From positions 1,716 to 65,715 of the forward strand of contig JACAEV010000230.1 in the NCBI GenBank assembly GCA_013388645.1: a stretch of 64,000 nt of DNA, written 5' to 3'. Numbering within the stretch: the first letter of the stretch is position 1; every line of letters begins with the position of its first letter. The notes below the pieces were generated by a model. The model made no database searches. It saw nothing but the letters and a program-made list of their open reading frames with translations, and had not been told where the DNA came from. The position numbers and the translations under genes are program-made. The stretch comes from Syntrophaceae bacterium. GTDB taxonomy: Bacteria > Desulfobacterota > BSN033 > UBA1163. Of the stretch, positions 61,398 through 64,000 are shown in pieces.

Positions 61398-61822
61398 GTC
61401 CCATCGAAGCCCAAATCATCAAAAGGAAACTTGCTGTTATTATAGAAAATCTTAAGACTCTTGAGCCGATTAAGAGCATGAATGCAGATGAATATTTACA
61501 GGATTTATTCAAAAGGAAAGCAACTGAAAGGCTTTTACAAGAATTGATCGAAGCAGCCGTTGATATAAATATACACATAATTGTTGAGACAGGACATACC
61601 GTTCCTGATGATTATTACGAAAGTTTTATAAAAGTAGGGGAACTTAAAATCATTTCTTTAGACCTTGCCCAGAAACTTGCACCCTCAGCGGGTCTTAGGA
61701 ACAGATTGGTCCATGAATATGATCGGCTTGAACATTCCATGGTACTCAAGGCTGTAAATATGGCTGAAGAACTATACTCGAGATACGTTAAAGAAATCAA
61801 TGATTATATTTCAATTGTGTAG
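61394..61822 (+). CDS. hepT: HepT-type HEPN toxin (DUF86)
   Basis: RNRLVHEYDRLE is the R-x4-H HEPN motif. It has a 4-nt ATGA overlap with mntA. Confidence 0.8.
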   Translation: MSPIEAQIIKRKLAVIIENLKTLEPIKSMNADEYLQDLFKRKATERLLQELIEAAVDINIHIIVETGHTVPDDYYESFIKVGELKIISLDLAQKLAPSAGLRNRLVHEYDRLEHSMVLKAVNMAEELYSRYVKEINDYISIV

Positions 61823-62243
61823 ACCCCTTAGTGCTTGAAAACATAAAAGCAATAGAAAAAGCTGAGGTTCGATAAACCTGTAGAAAGTCCAAGGTTCTAA
61901 TTTTTACCATACCCTCCTGAATTCCTGGCTTCCTTATAAATAAAATCCTGATAAATGGCATAAAGTTTGCTTTTTCAAGTAAATAATTATTTCATTATTC
62001 CTCATTAATTTATTTTTCTTTATAAAATTGAATAGTTAAACGATTTTATTTTTTGCTCGTAAATGTTCGGAATATGAACAGTGATCAGAAATTGTCCTCA
62101 ATTTACAAAAGTTGTTAAAAAAAGTAACAAACCGATAGGAAGTTTGGATTATAGAAATGTTGGAATAATGGATTAATTACTCTTTTATTTCAGCCTTTTC
62201 AACATTTCATAATTCCAATATTCCATTATTCCGGAATTAAGAG

Positions 62244-63218
62244 ATGGATCTTTCCGTCATTATTCCAATGTTTAATGAATCTGAAAATGCAGAGTCTACC
62301 CTGAATCGGGTTAGGGAGGCATTGGCTTCTTTTAAAGGAAGCTATGAGATTATTCCTGTCAATGACGGAAGCCTCGATAATACTCTTGAGATTTTAAATA
62401 GATTGGCTGAAAAGGATGAGAAGTTAAAGATCGTTACTTACCCCAAAAATATTGGACGTGGAATGGCTTTAAGGAAGGGATTCCAGGAATCAAAAGGAGA
62501 GATTGTCGTATCGATTGACGCTGATTTGAGTTATGACCCTCATTATATATTTGATTTTATCAAGACATTTAAAGAAGGCCCTGAGATTGATTTTGTCCTT
62601 GCATCACCTTATATGCCTGGAGGAGGGGTTCAAAACGTCCCCTTTCATCGATTGTGGATCAGTAAATGGGGAAACAAGATACTTCGTTTAACCATGCCAA
62701 ACCGAATTTATACGTCAACCGGAATATTTCGTGCTTACCGTAAAAAAGTACTTGACTCACTTGAACTTGAGTCTGACGGGAAGGAGATCCATCTTGAGAT
62801 CCTTTCAAAAGCCTTAGCCTTAGGATTCCGGGTTAAGGAAATCCCTGCGGTTTTATCCAGCCGTAGAAAAGGAAAATCAAAATTTAAATTTAAAAAAACA
62901 GCCACTTCCCATCTCGTATTCTCTGCCTTTGAAAAGCCAATGATTATATTTGGTTTCCTTGGCCTGCTAACACTTGGGATTGGATTATTGATGGGTATAT
63001 ATGTAGCCTTTCTGAGATTTTCAGGAGGTTTAACGCCGGGAAGACCATTAATAACGTTTGTCATTTTGTTGATTTTAGGAGGAATTCAAATCCTTTCGTT
63101 TGGGTTTATCGCATTGCAAATAGTTTCGCTTAGAAGAGAAATATTGAGAATCCAGAAGGAAAATCTCGAATTGCGATGCGATCTGAAAGACCTGAATAAG
63201 GGTAATGGCCAGGGTTAA
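62244..63218 (+). CDS. GT2 polyprenol-phosphate sugar synthase paralog with C-terminal TM helices
   Basis: VIIPMFNES, NDGSLDNT and IDADLSYDP (DxD) motifs. Two C-terminal TM helices. The C-terminal codons (..GNGQG*) run into the telomere-like repeat. Confidence 0.75.
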   Translation: MDLSVIIPMFNESENAESTLNRVREALASFKGSYEIIPVNDGSLDNTLEILNRLAEKDEKLKIVTYPKNIGRGMALRKGFQESKGEIVVSIDADLSYDPHYIFDFIKTFKEGPEIDFVLASPYMPGGGVQNVPFHRLWISKWGNKILRLTMPNRIYTSTGIFRAYRKKVLDSLELESDGKEIHLEILSKALALGFRVKEIPAVLSSRRKGKSKFKFKKTATSHLVFSAFEKPMIIFGFLGLLTLGIGLLMGIYVAFLRFSGGLTPGRPLITFVILLILGGIQILSFGFIALQIVSLRREILRIQKENLELRCDLKDLNKGNGQG

Positions 63219-63945
63219 GATGCCCGTTTAGGTAAAGGTTTGGGTTAAGTCCAAACATAGAAAATAAATCATGGGTAAAGGTTAAGGTTAAGACGCCGGT
63301 TTAGTAGTTGGGTTAGGTAATTTGGCTTTAAATCTTTGGCCATAACCTTTACCCTTAACCAAACTGTCCTCCAAGCTTTAACCCTTTTAAGGGAAGACAA
63401 ACGGCATATTGGTAAGGGGCAAGATGCAAGTTTGGATAAGTTGTAAGTGAGGGAAAAATGCCGGACAAAGATAAGAAATCAATAACGAGTTTTAAAGGAC
63501 TGGAGGTCTATCAGAACTCTTACAAAACTTGTACTAAAGTCATGACCCCAATTATACCGAACTTACCTGAATCAGAAAAATATGATTTAAAACGTCAGTT
63601 AAGTGAATCCGTGAAGGCTATACCCAGATTAATCGCTGAAGGATACGCGAAAAGACACCAAAGGCAAGGATTTCAAAAATATTTAGATGATGCTATGGCA
63701 GAGTGCAATGAAACGATCGTAGGGATGGAAATGTGCAAGGATTTCTTTGGAAAATATGTTGACACTAAATTGTGTGAGGAGTTGGTTAGTATCTATGACG
63801 TTTGTGGAAGACAGCTTTACAGGTTGCGGGCTGCCTGGGGAAAGTTCCCAAGAGAAAAGAGTCTTCGGTCTAAAGGTTAGTATGCCTTAACCTATTGTCC
63901 TAACCTAAACGGGCCTCCTAACCTTAACCTTTACCTTGGCCAGAG
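63219..63945. mobile_element. Candidate small inserted element: four-helix-bundle gene bracketed by inverted telomere-like repeats
   Basis: Left arm GCCCGTTTAGGTAAAGG (63222-) and right arm CCTAACCTAAACGGGCctcCTAACCTTAACCTTTACC (63901-63936). They share the inverted 12-mer ACCTAAACGGGC/GCCCGTTTAGGT. A nested 90-nt palindromic unit lies at 63273-63360. Confidence 0.35.
63458..63880 (+). CDS. Four-helix-bundle protein (23S rRNA intervening-sequence protein family)
   Basis: 140 aa, all-helical, with GLEVYQNSYK...LIAEGYAKR...ECNET matching the TIGR02436/PF05635 pattern. Good GAGGGAAAA RBS. Confidence 0.75.
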   Translation: MPDKDKKSITSFKGLEVYQNSYKTCTKVMTPIIPNLPESEKYDLKRQLSESVKAIPRLIAEGYAKRHQRQGFQKYLDDAMAECNETIVGMEMCKDFFGKYVDTKLCEELVSIYDVCGRQLYRLRAAWGKFPREKSLRSKG

Positions 63946-64000
63946 TTCCTTGGTTTCCTTATGAATATTCTATTCCTCACAAATGCTTACCCTGACTTTG

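Noticed and set aside
63219-63945. Telomere-like repeats considered as the end of a linear replicon
   Set aside because: All copies are interstitial with genes on both sides and in both orientations, so they are not terminal.

Overview
This is a 64 kb bacterial chromosomal segment, about 88% coding. Taxon cannot be assigned from the sequence alone; selB and iorAB suggest an anaerobe. The first ~49 kb is mostly housekeeping: rmuC, nitroreductase, HD/radical-SAM pair, hup, selB, iorAB, ogg, a nucleotide-sugar dehydrogenase and DegT aminotransferase pair, trmJ-like, SPFH/NfeD, rtcA, hflX, guaB, guaA, dnaE, accA, mutL, a minus-strand type IV pilus core cluster pilB-pilT-pilC-pilS-pilR, a second two-component pair, a C-N hydrolase, lepB, ribF, tRNA-Leu(CAG) and PBP1A. 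The last ~15 kb (49.3-63.9 kb) looks accessory. It holds a DPM1/GtrB-like GT2, AsnB, a large polytopic membrane protein, two tandem paralogous GT-C (GT39/ArnT/PMT-like) glycosyltransferases and a SAM methyltransferase. Next come three tandem type IV pilin genes with a candidate sigma-54 promoter and an internal terminator, then a frameshifted nucleotidyltransferase, an MntA/HepT toxin-antitoxin pair, a second GT2 and a four-helix-bundle protein gene. I propose this is a polyprenol-phosphate-sugar plus GT-C system that O-glycosylates pilins. A family of telomere-like (CCTTAA/CCTAA)n repeats recurs in intergenic sites at 45.3, 47.06, 49.3, 63.2-63.4 and 63.9 kb. This includes a tandem hexamer array in the divergent mrcA/GT2 promoter region and inverted copies bracketing the four-helix-bundle gene like a small inserted element. 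A second conserved ~65 nt hairpin motif precedes both genes of the sugar dehydrogenase/aminotransferase operon. Several ORF-track starts are TTG/GTG extensions and were re-placed using RBS position and paralog alignment.
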